A stretch of DNA of 44,445 nucleotides from a virus. Taxonomy: Duplodnaviria; Caudoviricetes. Of this stretch, positions 8,283-16,500 are shown in pieces. The position numbers and the translations under genes are program-made. Numbering within the stretch: the stretch's first letter is position 1; the number at the start of each line of letters is the position of its first letter. The stretch spans positions 1 to 44,445 of IMG/VR virus record IMGVR_UViG_3300017747_002536; one strand, given 5' to 3'. Under the pieces are notes generated by a model. The model was given only the letters and a program-made list of their open reading frames with translations, did no database searches and was not told the origin of the DNA.

Positions 8283-9089
8283 CTATTCGTCCGCGAAGGG
8301 GTCGTACTCGGGCTCGGTCGCAGCGGTGGCAGGAGCAAGGAATTTCTCAAGCGACTTAGGGCAGGGCTTGCCCGCCATCGCCCGCCGGAGTTCGTTCCAC
8401 TCGCCCTCGCCAATCCCGGCATAGTCCTTGTAGGAAGTTTTCAGGGCCTTGTTGAAAAGCCCCAAGTAGACTTCCGGCGCGCCGGGGGCGGTAAGGCTGG
8501 GCCATCCTTGGCCGCGAAGTTGCGCGTCCGCTAGGTCGTACTCCGACGCCTCTCGGTCGCTAACTCTCGCCTCCCGCTCTGCATAGGCGGGGTGCTTCGA
8601 CAGGGCGTCCAGCAAAGCATCTTGCTTATCCGCCCAGTTGTTTCCGGGGTACTCATCCTTGTCCCCTTTCACAACTCGCCAGGTCACCGCGCCGGGGTCG
8701 AACTTCTGAATCTCGACAAACGTCATGTACGCGCCGAACGTGTTAGGCTCCTTGCTTTTCTGCGCTCGGATGGCGATAAAGTCACCAACCTCTAGGCCCG
8801 CGAGAGCAGACCCGAACATCCCGGTAGCGACGGAACTTTTCAGGGCGGTTTGCACAAGGTAAGTGCCGCCGTGCCCCTCAATCTCGGCCTCAAGACTTTC
8901 GATCTGTTGGCCGTTCCACTCCGTCTTGTGAACCCCGACGCGGCGGAAGGTTCCTTCAATCACCGGATGCAGGGTTACGTTTTTGTCTCGGTCCTTCGTG
9001 CGAAGTTCGCCGTTGGAGATAGTTACGAATTGCCAGCTAGTGCCCGATGGCGAGCTGGGTGGTATTGCTGTGTTCATGGTCAAGTTCAC
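8283..9089 (-). CDS. putative ssDNA-binding/replication accessory protein
   Basis: Beta-rich N-terminal domain, acidic-aromatic tail EPEYDPFADE, upstream of nuclease and primase. Confidence 0.4.
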   Translation of the reverse strand: MNLTMNTAIPPSSPSGTSWQFVTISNGELRTKDRDKNVTLHPVIEGTFRRVGVHKTEWNGQQIESLEAEIEGHGGTYLVQTALKSSVATGMFGSALAGLEVGDFIAIRAQKSKEPNTFGAYMTFVEIQKFDPGAVTWRVVKGDKDEYPGNNWADKQDALLDALSKHPAYAEREARVSDREASEYDLADAQLRGQGWPSLTAPGAPEVYLGLFNKALKTSYKDYAGIGEGEWNELRRAMAGKPCPKSLEKFLAPATAATEPEYDPFADE

Positions 9090-9337
9090 TTGCTGGCGGA
9101 ACGTGCGCCGTCAGCGGGTGGTAAATCTATCGGTCCGCCGTCGTTCTCAGCCTGAGCGGTTAAGAAGGACATAGCGTTTTCAAGTGTCTTAAAACCGAGT
9201 TCGTACTTAATGCGGTCGTCTTGGTGTTCTCGCGTGACCTCATAGCAGTCTTGGCTGATAATGTTCAGCGACAGTACGTAGCCTTTCTTTGTCGTGACTT
9301 GGTAGTCGGCTGGCTTCTTAGGTGGTCGGTATCTCAT
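9086..9337 (-). CDS. hypothetical protein
   Basis: 4-bp overlaps with both neighbours. Confidence 0.55.
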   Translation of the reverse strand: MRYRPPKKPADYQVTTKKGYVLSLNIISQDCYEVTREHQDDRIKYELGFKTLENAMSFLTAQAENDGGPIDLPPADGARSASK

Positions 9338-9621
9338 CTTCTTGTCAGGTGCCGAGTCAGCGTTTCCTTGCTGAGTAGTTGGTGGTAGTAGGGAACGCTA
9401 TCGGGCGTCTCCCCGTGGGATGCAAGCAATGCCACGTACTCTTGCGTCGGGATGGGCGGTTCTATCGGCTTGTCAAGTGCGCCGTCAATCCCGGCTTCCC
9501 GTAAGTGGGCGATAACGGTTCCTCTGGCGCACCGAACGGATTCCGCTATCTGGCCGTGGGTCATGCCATCCTTTCGGAGCTGCACAATCTGGGCGATACG
9601 ATCATCCGTCAACTCAGCCAC
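9334..9621 (-). CDS. helix-turn-helix DNA-binding protein
   Basis: LRKDGMTHGQIAESVRCARGTVIAHL; GTG start after GAGGTG. Confidence 0.7.
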   Translation of the reverse strand: MAELTDDRIAQIVQLRKDGMTHGQIAESVRCARGTVIAHLREAGIDGALDKPIEPPIPTQEYVALLASHGETPDSVPYYHQLLSKETLTRHLTRR

Positions 9622-9778
9622 GCACCACCTCGCGCCCCTGAGCTTCCGCCTTATCCCTGAGCCGTTCCCAAGAGGCAATCAGCCGTGCGTGTTGCGTCTT
9701 TTCGTAGAGCCCCCGCTTGAACTGGGTGTAACTCCGTAACTCGCGGATGATGTTGTCGTAGTAGGCAGGGGACTTCAT
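9614..9778 (-). CDS. hypothetical protein (54 aa, not in ORF track)
   Basis: MKSPAYYDNIIRELRSYTQFKRGLYEK...VVRG; TAATG coupling to the methylase gene, fills the gap. Confidence 0.5.
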   Translation of the reverse strand: MKSPAYYDNIIRELRSYTQFKRGLYEKTQHARLIASWERLRDKAEAQGREVVRG

Positions 9779-10401
9779 TACTCACACCCCCCGAAGTCCA
9801 AGACATCTTGAGCAAGTCGCATCACCGCGATTTCGCAGTACCGCTCCTCTAGCTCAATCCCGATACACTTGCGCCCGAGTTGCTTCGCCGCTACCAGCGT
9901 TGTGCCAGAGCCCATGAAGGGGTCTAGGATTGTTTGTGCGTCAGGGAAGAAAGACAGGCTGAACTTCATCACCTTGAGGGGCTTTTGAGTGAAGTGCCCG
10001 ACGCGCTCTTTGTTCGTGTCTGCCGCCGTTACGGCAATTTGCCGCGAGTTCATATCTCGGGAGGTCCAGGCCAACTCTAGGTCGGCCATTGACGGCAAAT
10101 GATCTGGCTTGTACCAAACGAGCCAACCACGCGATGGCGGGAGCGAATAGTAATTCCCGCCCCAAATTACTGCGTCCTTTCCTGATTTTAAGATGAGCGC
10201 AATGTCATTGAACGCCTTACTATCCCATGCCTCTTTCGCCTTTCCCGCCGCCCGTTGGTAATTAAATGGCTGTGCGGCTATATTGATCCCGTAAGGCGGA
10301 TCAGTCAGCACAAGGTCAACCTTCGGCAAGTGAGGCAATATCTCCCGGCAATCCCCGTGGTAAGTGACAATCCCCTTCCCGTCGTCGTAGTAAGGCTTCA
10401 T
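9778..10401 (-). CDS. DNA N6-adenine/N4-cytosine methyltransferase (beta class)
   Basis: VLTDPPY, HFTQKP, ILDPFMGSGTT, GIELEERYC. Confidence 0.92.
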   Translation of the reverse strand: MKPYYDDGKGIVTYHGDCREILPHLPKVDLVLTDPPYGINIAAQPFNYQRAAGKAKEAWDSKAFNDIALILKSGKDAVIWGGNYYSLPPSRGWLVWYKPDHLPSMADLELAWTSRDMNSRQIAVTAADTNKERVGHFTQKPLKVMKFSLSFFPDAQTILDPFMGSGTTLVAAKQLGRKCIGIELEERYCEIAVMRLAQDVLDFGGCE

Positions 10402-10757
10402 CAGTACCACCCCCGCCGATCACGAAAACTGCCAGCCCGCGAAGGGGTCTTGTATCGCCGCATCATGTAGCGGAGTGCCGCCCTGGTCTGCATCAGCGGG
10501 TCGCTGGTCTTGCGTATCCCCGTCGATTCCCAAGTGCGATTCAAGAACTGAAAGAGCCCGTAAGCAGAAGATCGCTTGTTTTGCGCCGATGGGTTCCACC
10601 GCGACTCATGCCACGCGATACTAACCATCGCGGCCTTGCATTCATCTGACAGGTCTACTTTTTCAAGCTTCGCGGCATTGTTGACGAGCGCCACCATCTG
10701 CGGCTTTGTGAGCTTCGCCGGGGCAAGAAGGAGGACGGCGGCTAGGGTGGCGGTCAA
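10401..10757 (-). CDS. lytic transglycosylase (SLT/lysozyme-like) with N-terminal hydrophobic signal
   Basis: IAWHESRWNPSAQN (catalytic Glu), SAYGLFQF, ALRYM; leader MTATLAAVLLLAPA. Confidence 0.8.
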   Translation of the reverse strand: MTATLAAVLLLAPAKLTKPQMVALVNNAAKLEKVDLSDECKAAMVSIAWHESRWNPSAQNKRSSAYGLFQFLNRTWESTGIRKTSDPLMQTRAALRYMMRRYKTPSRAGSFRDRRGWY

Positions 10758-11137
10758 GACTTCTCCCTCCCGGCGACCGAGTTCCAGTCTTCAATTGCGT
10801 CGAGCATAAAAGTCCTTGGCGGGCCCTTAGCTCCACACCGCGAACACTCAACGTAGGAAAGGTTGTTAACTGGGTTTAGCTGGACCACCCCAACACCATT
10901 GAGCCTCTTACATTGCAGGTACGGGCAAGGCAACGGCACAGGCTCAGGCTTAGGCGTGACCGGGATGCCGTTGGGGAAGCAGAAGTTAAGGCACTCAGAG
11001 CAAAGATTTCGGCCCCCCGCATACAAAGGGCTGTCACACGCGACCATCAACGTCAGCGCGTGGTCTACCGTCCACTCAACCTCCCCCCAAGTGAACCGAT
11101 CACCCTCTTGCAGTTCGGCGGCAGTCTTGCGGGTCAT
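10754..11137 (-). CDS. two-module protein with C-terminal Lar (restriction alleviation)-like zinc ribbon
   Basis: PLPCPYLQC...YVECSRCGAKGP...AIEDWN matches the Lar-family pattern. Confidence 0.6.
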   Translation of the reverse strand: MTRKTAAELQEGDRFTWGEVEWTVDHALTLMVACDSPLYAGGRNLCSECLNFCFPNGIPVTPKPEPVPLPCPYLQCKRLNGVGVVQLNPVNNLSYVECSRCGAKGPPRTFMLDAIEDWNSVAGREKS

Positions 11138-11352
11138 AACCCCAACTCCTTGGCAATCCCTAATGCTGCAACGAGTTCTCGCGCCAATGCCTTACGCCCT
11201 TCAATGAACCCCCTAGCTTCAGCTTCCCCCATCCGGGTGTGGATGTGATCGACCAGATCGTTGGGCAACTCGATAGGGCTCGTGAATCTTTGCCCCCTGG
11301 ATTCGTAGGAGACTTGCACGAGTACGCCCCTGTTGTTCTTGACCTTACTCAC
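11134..11352 (-). CDS. hypothetical protein
   Basis: Coupled in operon. Confidence 0.55.
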   Translation of the reverse strand: MSKVKNNRGVLVQVSYESRGQRFTSPIELPNDLVDHIHTRMGEAEARGFIEGRKALARELVAALGIAKELGL

Positions 11353-11537
11353 GCCTCACCCCCGCAGTCTTCGATAATCAGGGCCGCGCACCGTTGGGCT
11401 AGTTCTTCTTGTTGGAAGCGCAGGTCGCCCGCAATTACAGGGCCGACTCGCAGGACTCGATAGTAAGCGGCAGTCGGCTGGTCGATCTTGACCACCGTCC
11501 CGTCCTTGCACGTCATCTCGAATAGTGGTTTACTCAT
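11349..11537 (-). CDS. hypothetical protein (distant member of paralog family B)
   Basis: C-terminus FQQEELAQRCAALIIEDCGG is in register with FKSPAIALQIANTIAEALGG of 19852-20136. Confidence 0.55.
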   Translation of the reverse strand: MSKPLFEMTCKDGTVVKIDQPTAAYYRVLRVGPVIAGDLRFQQEELAQRCAALIIEDCGGEA

Positions 11538-11558
11538 TAGGTATCCTCGGGTCTCGAT

Positions 11559-11768
11559 CTATGCCGACTTATCCTTGGCGGCTGGGTCGTTGGCGGGGGT
11601 GTCTAGGCCCTCGCCTTTTTCTTTGCTCAGGCGGGTGTAAATCGCTTGGCGGGAAATCTTGTGTCGTCTAGCGACTTCTGCAATAGGAACACCGATGGCG
11701 ATCAGGTCAAGAATTGACTTCCATTTGTCAAAACCGGCACTTTCGCCAGTAGCGTTTTTGCTCATCAT
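11559..11768 (-). CDS. Cro-like small HTH regulator
   Basis: GVPIAEVARRHKISRQAIYTRL; divergent from the CI-like gene. Confidence 0.7.
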   Translation of the reverse strand: MMSKNATGESAGFDKWKSILDLIAIGVPIAEVARRHKISRQAIYTRLSKEKGEGLDTPANDPAAKDKSA

Positions 11769-11773
11769 GTCCT

Positions 11774-11803
11774 ATCATAGTTGACACTTGACAGCTTTGT
11801 CAA
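11774..11803. promoter_or_regulatory. operator/promoter between cro-like and cI-like genes
   Basis: TTGACAcTTGACA-GCTT-TGTCAA; on the minus strand TTGACA-18 nt-TATGAT points at the cro ATG. Confidence 0.75.
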
Positions 11804-11838
11804 TCCCTAGACCCACCTTTTTTGGGGAATCTCTCTTA

Positions 11839-12533
11839 GTGCCCGGATACGACTATGGAGAGATGCTTCGCGCTTGGCGAACGGCAGGCCGCTACACGCA
11901 GAAGATGATCGCGGATAAAGTGGGAGTGACCCGCACCGCTTATGCTAATTACGAGATAGGCGCGGCCATGCCGCCAATGCACGTCAGGGATGCTCTTCTA
12001 GGCCTCGGTGCCCCGGTGCCCCGGTGCCCACGGGAACGCCCGACCTTCTTGACCGTCCTAAATCAATCGCGACGTATTTCCCGTTGCAATTACGGTATGG
12101 AGGAGTAGTGCCAGCAAGCGCAGAATGGGGAGACCCTCTGGCGTCAGAGGAATTCATAGAGGTAGAGGCTAGAATCCATCGCAATGATCGGTTCGCTGCC
12201 CACGTCGCCGGGACAAGCTGCTACCCGTTCCTGCAACCGGGAGACCTGACGGTGTGGCAAGTAGACCTGAACCCGCCCTATGGAATGATCGTGCTTGCCC
12301 AGAACAAGGGGGAGCATGGATGCACAGTAAAGGAACTGGCATGGGACCGGGACACCAACTCCAATATCCTCATTCCCCTCAACCCGCTAGAAGTCGCGCC
12401 GCCGCCCGGTGACGGTTGGGGAGCCATCGCCCGCCTGGTCTATGTAGAAAGTGTCATCGACGGGTTAACTCAGAGCTGGTACGTGCCGACAGGACTACGA
12501 AAACACCACCTAGCGCAACGAATGACCCCCTAG
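11839..12533 (+). pseudogene. CI-like repressor (XRE HTH + S24 peptidase-like domain) frameshifted at an 8-bp tandem repeat
   Basis: HTH LRAWRTAGRYTQKMIADKVGVTRTAYANYEIG in one frame; S24 motifs GGVVPA, VAGTSCYP, PGD and TVKEL in another; deleting one CGGTGCCC unit fuses them (LGAPVPTGTPDLL). Confidence 0.85.
12006..12029 (+). repeat. CGGTGCCC x3 perfect tandem repeat in the repressor linker
   Basis: Units at 12006, 12014 and 12022. Confidence 0.95.
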
Positions 12534-12546
12534 TATTTTTACCAGA

Positions 12547-12599
12547 TTGACAAAAGTGTCATCTTGACACTTGACAACGGTGTCAAGCGGTGTCAGAAT
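12547..12599 (+). promoter_or_regulatory. operator array and early rightward promoter
   Basis: TTGACA-AAAG-TGTCAT at 12547; TTGACAcTTGACA-ACGG-TGTCAA at 12564-12586; extra TGTCA at 12591; TTGACA-17 nt-CAGAAT with TG extension. Confidence 0.75.
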
Positions 12600-12638
12600 T
12601 ATCCCAAGCCCCTAGAAACGGGCCCAAGGATAATTAAA

Positions 12639-12866
12639 ATGCAAAGCGCAACCAGCACGGCAACCAACCTCATGCTTCCTTGTGAAGCAAACCTAAGTCA
12701 TCTCAAGGACGCTGGGTACACCGTAGATTCGGTTTCCAGCTACCTCTACCTTTCCGAAAAGGCAATGCGGGTATCCCTGCACGGACCAGATCGGACGGTC
12801 CTTACCATCTACATTCAGCCTGACCAGTTTGAAACGGTCCTGAGCGTCCTGGGGTGGAAATCGTGA
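12639..12866 (+). CDS. hypothetical protein, first gene of the rightward early operon
   Basis: AAGGA RBS then ATG at 12639. Confidence 0.6.
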   Translation: MQSATSTATNLMLPCEANLSHLKDAGYTVDSVSSYLYLSEKAMRVSLHGPDRTVLTIYIQPDQFETVLSVLGWKS

Positions 12867-13132
12867 TCTACCCCCTCTCCCCTGCCGAAATCCCGCAGTC
12901 TTGGAACCCTTGCCGCCGCCCGATGGGTTATTCCCGTGGCCTGTGTGGAGACGACGAGTCGGACCCTGAAACCGGATACTACGCCGTCGCCCTTTGCGAG
13001 TCCTGTGAGAAGGAGTTGCGGGAAGATGCGGCAGTAGAGGCAGAACTAGCCGCCGAGACCCGGCTGACGGATGACGAATATCAGGAGGTCTTAGACCTTA
13101 GCCTTGAGATGATTACGGGAGGGAAGCTGTGA
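12854..13132 (+). CDS. hypothetical acidic protein with Cys cluster
   Basis: C...C...CESC; coupled to the next gene. Confidence 0.55.
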   Translation: MEIVIYPLSPAEIPQSWNPCRRPMGYSRGLCGDDESDPETGYYAVALCESCEKELREDAAVEAELAAETRLTDDEYQEVLDLSLEMITGGKL

Positions 13133-13512
13133 TTAATCAAGAACTATTCAAAGAATTTGCGACGATTGTCAGGGCTCTCGAAGTCCCTGGGATTTGGCTA
13201 ACTTCACTAGCATCATCTGACGTGATCGGTACGACTGACGGACACCATCTATTCACGCGCAAACATGGGGATAGAGGGTGGTCCCCTGTAACCAATATGG
13301 AGTCGGATTCCGCTCTGTTATCTCACACACTCCGCCGCCTGCTGGTGAAGTCTGGGTGGACGTGGGATATGACGCCCACAGAATTCCACGCCACATTTGA
13401 AGGGAGTGGGCTGTATTGGGCAAACCCATTTAATAACAGCGAAAGTTCAGAACTCGAAAGAGTCGTCGCTACGGTTATTCGAATTACACATTCGAGGTGC
13501 GGACGAGTATGA
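13129..13512 (+). CDS. hypothetical protein, paralog family A (copy 1)
   Basis: INQELFKEFATIVRALEVPG...LLSHTLRRLLVKSGWTW...SESSELE. Confidence 0.7.
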   Translation: MINQELFKEFATIVRALEVPGIWLTSLASSDVIGTTDGHHLFTRKHGDRGWSPVTNMESDSALLSHTLRRLLVKSGWTWDMTPTEFHATFEGSGLYWANPFNNSESSELERVVATVIRITHSRCGRV

Positions 13513-13886
13513 GTAATTATACGAGTAGCTATTTACGCTTGTTCCTGAACGCTGTGGATCAGGGGCGGTTCCCAGAACTATCTCACTACAAGGTCCCAGA
13601 CACAGGCCTTGAAATAATCACTCTTTGCACGGAAGAGGGGGGGAGTGAACTGCTTGGGCAGAAGGCGGATAAGACTTGGGCGTTCGCGCCTAACGCCTCG
13701 TACATTCTCTGCGGCTACCTGCAGGATTGGTTGACTGAGAACTGGGTGGACTGGACTCTTGACCCAGATCGGTTATCGGTGTTCATAAGGCAAACATCTG
13801 AGCGCAGGTTTGACACGGGCACGCGCACTGAATGGTTTATGGATGCCGCGATGTACGCGGTCAGCTTGAAAACGGGAGGCAACTAA
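13509..13886 (+). CDS. hypothetical protein, paralog family A (copy 2)
   Basis: LFLNAVDQGRFP...ILCGYLQDWLTENWVDWTL...RFDTGTRTEW. Confidence 0.7.
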   Translation: MSNYTSSYLRLFLNAVDQGRFPELSHYKVPDTGLEIITLCTEEGGSELLGQKADKTWAFAPNASYILCGYLQDWLTENWVDWTLDPDRLSVFIRQTSERRFDTGTRTEWFMDAAMYAVSLKTGGN

Positions 13887-14383
13887 TGACCGACACCAAA
13901 GTCAAACGCACTCTCACCATTCAAGACGTGAAGCAGGTTGGCAAAATCTGGTACGTCAAAGCCGCCGATTCCGAAGGCACGGTCACGAACTACAAGATGT
14001 TCGATGGCTCATACCAGAAGAACCAAGCCGACGTAGCTCCCGGTAAATCCGGGGAGTTTGACATAGAGAACAAGGGCGACGAGAGCAAGGCCGACTGGTT
14101 CATCCTGTGGCCCAAGTCTCCCGGTGGTGGTGGTGGTGGTGGCTACAAGGGTGGCGGCGGGGTGGCAAAGTCCGACCCTGCCAAGAACGAAGTCATCAAG
14201 CAAGCCAACACCCGGAACAACGACACGATCAGAGAGGCCAACATTCGCAACTCCATCACCGCCATTGCAGTCGCAGGCGTGACGGCGATAGGCGAGGAGG
14301 CGAAAGACGCCAACGCGCTTAGGGCCTGGGTGGAAGACGTTCACAAGACGGTTGAGGACTTGGTACGGGAGGCGAACTCGTGA
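13886..14383 (+). CDS. hypothetical protein, OB-fold-like N-terminal domain + poly-Gly linker + helical domain (possible SSB)
   Basis: GGAGG RBS and TAATG coupling; beta-rich N-terminal half, GGGGGGGYKGGGG linker. Confidence 0.5.
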   Translation: MTDTKVKRTLTIQDVKQVGKIWYVKAADSEGTVTNYKMFDGSYQKNQADVAPGKSGEFDIENKGDESKADWFILWPKSPGGGGGGGYKGGGGVAKSDPAKNEVIKQANTRNNDTIREANIRNSITAIAVAGVTAIGEEAKDANALRAWVEDVHKTVEDLVREANS

Positions 14384-14700
14384 ATTCCAACACCCTCATT
14401 CAAAGCTACATCCCGTTTACGGATGACCTGGGATGGTTTGTTTCAACGGTCAATCGTCAAAGCTCAGTCATGGGCGAAGGTGGCCGATTGTACGCGGAAA
14501 CAATGGTCGCATCATGGGAGCCGGGGAGCCGGGACATTGGCCCGCTAGTGCCCGCTAATTGCGACGCGGCAGAAGGATCTCTTGATGGGCATATGAGCGT
14601 TTGCTGGTCACTCTTTCTACACGGGAAGTTGCCCAACGGTGAAGCCGCGCCTAACGACAGCACGGAAGGGGAGGCGGCAGTTGCCGAAGGTGACAAGTGA
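14380..14700 (+). CDS. hypothetical protein
   Basis: GGAGG RBS and GTGA overlap; WFVSTVNR...YAETMV motif. Confidence 0.6.
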   Translation: MNSNTLIQSYIPFTDDLGWFVSTVNRQSSVMGEGGRLYAETMVASWEPGSRDIGPLVPANCDAAEGSLDGHMSVCWSLFLHGKLPNGEAAPNDSTEGEAAVAEGDK

Positions 14701-14959
14701 ACGCATACGCCTCATCAACTTCGACGGGGCAGACGGGGACTTCCTCTACTTCTCCGTCGCCTCGTCCACCCGCCCGGACATCCGGCACGACATGGCGATC
14801 TGCAAACGCACATTCATCGCCACTTGCACCTGCGAAGATGCGACCTACCGAGGGAAGCGGTGGGAGTTGCTTGGCGGTGACCAGCAGAACATTTGCAGGC
14901 ACATTCGGAGCCTTAGAAAATCTGTCCTGCCACGACTGAAAGACCCTGGAGCTATATGA
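14681..14959 (+). CDS. SWIM zinc-finger protein
   Basis: CTCED...ICRHI (CxC-n-CxH); start position uncertain. Confidence 0.7.
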   Translation: MPKVTSERIRLINFDGADGDFLYFSVASSTRPDIRHDMAICKRTFIATCTCEDATYRGKRWELLGGDQQNICRHIRSLRKSVLPRLKDPGAI

Positions 14960-15549
14960 AATTTTTAACCTTAGATTTTGAAACCAGCGGGCTCAACGCC
15001 CAATACGACTACATCTTGCAAGTGGGCGCGGCGGTCATGGATGACGAAGGGAATGTTGAGCAGACGTTCTCCCGACGCATAACCCCACCTGCGAAGCTCA
15101 AGGTATCGCTAGAGGCTATCGCGGTGCAGATGGGCGACGTAACCCCCGACACTCTCAAGACTTGGTACAGCCGCCTAGTCAACGACTCAGGCAGTAGCCG
15201 CGACGTGTTCCTAGAGTTCCAAGCATGGGTCAAGGAGCATGAGGCGGGCAGTATGCCAGTAGTGGCATGGAACGCTGCCTTCGATCATGGCTTTTGGGGG
15301 CAATGGATGTTTGCCCAAAAAGCGGTAGCGAATGGCTCGGTGATCTCACCTACTTGGATTTGTGCAATGGCAGAGGCGCAGAACCGTCCGCTTGGCGTTC
15401 GCACTTACGGGCTCGACATGGTAGCTAGGGCAGTAGGGGCAGGCGAACGCCCGAAGGCACATGACGCCCTTATAGACGCTGTGCTGGCTGGGACGGTCTA
15501 CGGCCGGCTACTACGCGGCATCTACTCAGCGGAGCAGGTGACGGCATGA
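14956..15549 (+). CDS. DEDDh 3'-5' exonuclease (DnaQ-like)
   Basis: LDFETSG, WNAAFD, HDALID. Confidence 0.9.
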   Translation: MKFLTLDFETSGLNAQYDYILQVGAAVMDDEGNVEQTFSRRITPPAKLKVSLEAIAVQMGDVTPDTLKTWYSRLVNDSGSSRDVFLEFQAWVKEHEAGSMPVVAWNAAFDHGFWGQWMFAQKAVANGSVISPTWICAMAEAQNRPLGVRTYGLDMVARAVGAGERPKAHDALIDAVLAGTVYGRLLRGIYSAEQVTA

Positions 15550-15785
15550 CCCCGCAGGAAGTCACCAACAAACCCGGCCAGAAACGCCTATCAGAACTAC
15601 TCTTCCCGCACGGCACCGAGTCGATGCGACCGAGTGATCTTGATGACCGCTTGCCAAAGGACATCTGGCTACTGGTGGGGTTGATCGTGCTGTCTTGGGT
15701 CGTCGTCGGGGCCTTGATTCGGTGGGATAACGCGAACCCTCAAGAGCCTGTGGCTGTGTCGTCGTCGTCGGAGGTGGGGCGGTGA
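15546..15785 (+). CDS. small single-pass membrane protein
   Basis: IWLLVGLIVLSWVVVGALI TM helix. Confidence 0.6.
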   Translation: MTPQEVTNKPGQKRLSELLFPHGTESMRPSDLDDRLPKDIWLLVGLIVLSWVVVGALIRWDNANPQEPVAVSSSSEVGR

Positions 15786-15988
15786 GAGACATCAAGTGGG
15801 AGACGCGCGAGCAGTTCGCAATAGTCAACGGCTACAGGCTGACCGCGAGAACGTACTTTCATAAATTCGAGTGGGTTGCTAACCTCCTTGGAAAATGGAC
15901 CGAGTTCGGCAAGGTGGACACGATGGAAGAAGCCAAGGCCGCCGCGATTGACGCTATGAATCGACACAGGGAGGCTACAGACCTCTAA
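15782..15988 (+). CDS. hypothetical protein
   Basis: GGAGG RBS; TMEEAKAAA motif common in small phage proteins. Confidence 0.6.
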   Translation: MRDIKWETREQFAIVNGYRLTARTYFHKFEWVANLLGKWTEFGKVDTMEEAKAAAIDAMNRHREATDL

Positions 15989-15998
15989 GACCCTACTC

Positions 15999-16040
15999 GG
16001 CCCGCCTTCTTGTTCCTCTCCGGGGGGCGGGTCATTTTTT
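15999..16040 (+). terminator. intrinsic terminator
   Basis: GGCCCGCCTTCT...GGGGGCGGGTC stem followed by ATTTTTT. Confidence 0.7.
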
Positions 16041-16058
16041 ACACGAACGAGAAACGAT

Positions 16059-16430
16059 ATGAACCAAGAATTATTTACCAAGTTTGCCGAGTGCGTTAAG
16101 GCGGGGAAGGTGCCGGGGCTTTATATGCCTGCTGGCAACATCATCTCCCGGTCCCCCGAGTTTCCATTGGACTCGTACTACGTGGCTCAACTTTACGGTG
16201 ACGGGTGGGGCTCAATGGGGAAAGACTCAGAGACCATCCTCTGCCACCACATCCGCGAGTGGCTTACGGGGCGGGGGTGGTATTGGGAGCTAACTGACAG
16301 GTCTCTGACGATTGCGAAGGAGACGTTTTGCATCCACAAACCAAATGCCCCACGGTTCTCCGAAGGCTCCCAACTCGACTGGCACCTAGCCGCCGTCGTG
16401 GACATTCGCGCTGGGAAGGTGACCCCGTGA
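16059..16430 (+). CDS. hypothetical protein, paralog family A (copy 3)
   Basis: MNQELFTKFAECVKAGKVPG...ILCHHIREWLTGRGWYW...FSEGSQLDW. Confidence 0.7.
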   Translation: MNQELFTKFAECVKAGKVPGLYMPAGNIISRSPEFPLDSYYVAQLYGDGWGSMGKDSETILCHHIREWLTGRGWYWELTDRSLTIAKETFCIHKPNAPRFSEGSQLDWHLAAVVDIRAGKVTP

Positions 16431-16500
16431 TGACTCGCCGTGAGGCCGCTGCTGGGGTTTTTTGCATTTCCCCGGCTGGCCTCTCGGTGGGGAGGGGGTC

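Noticed and set aside
12608-12623. GCCC-CTAGAAAC-GGGC hairpin resembling lambda boxB after the early promoter
   Set aside because: Only a 4-bp stem; no boxA and no Arg-rich N-like protein recognised
14122-14165. (GGT)n repeat as a phase-variation tract
   Set aside because: The triplet unit only alters the length of a Gly linker and cannot shift frame
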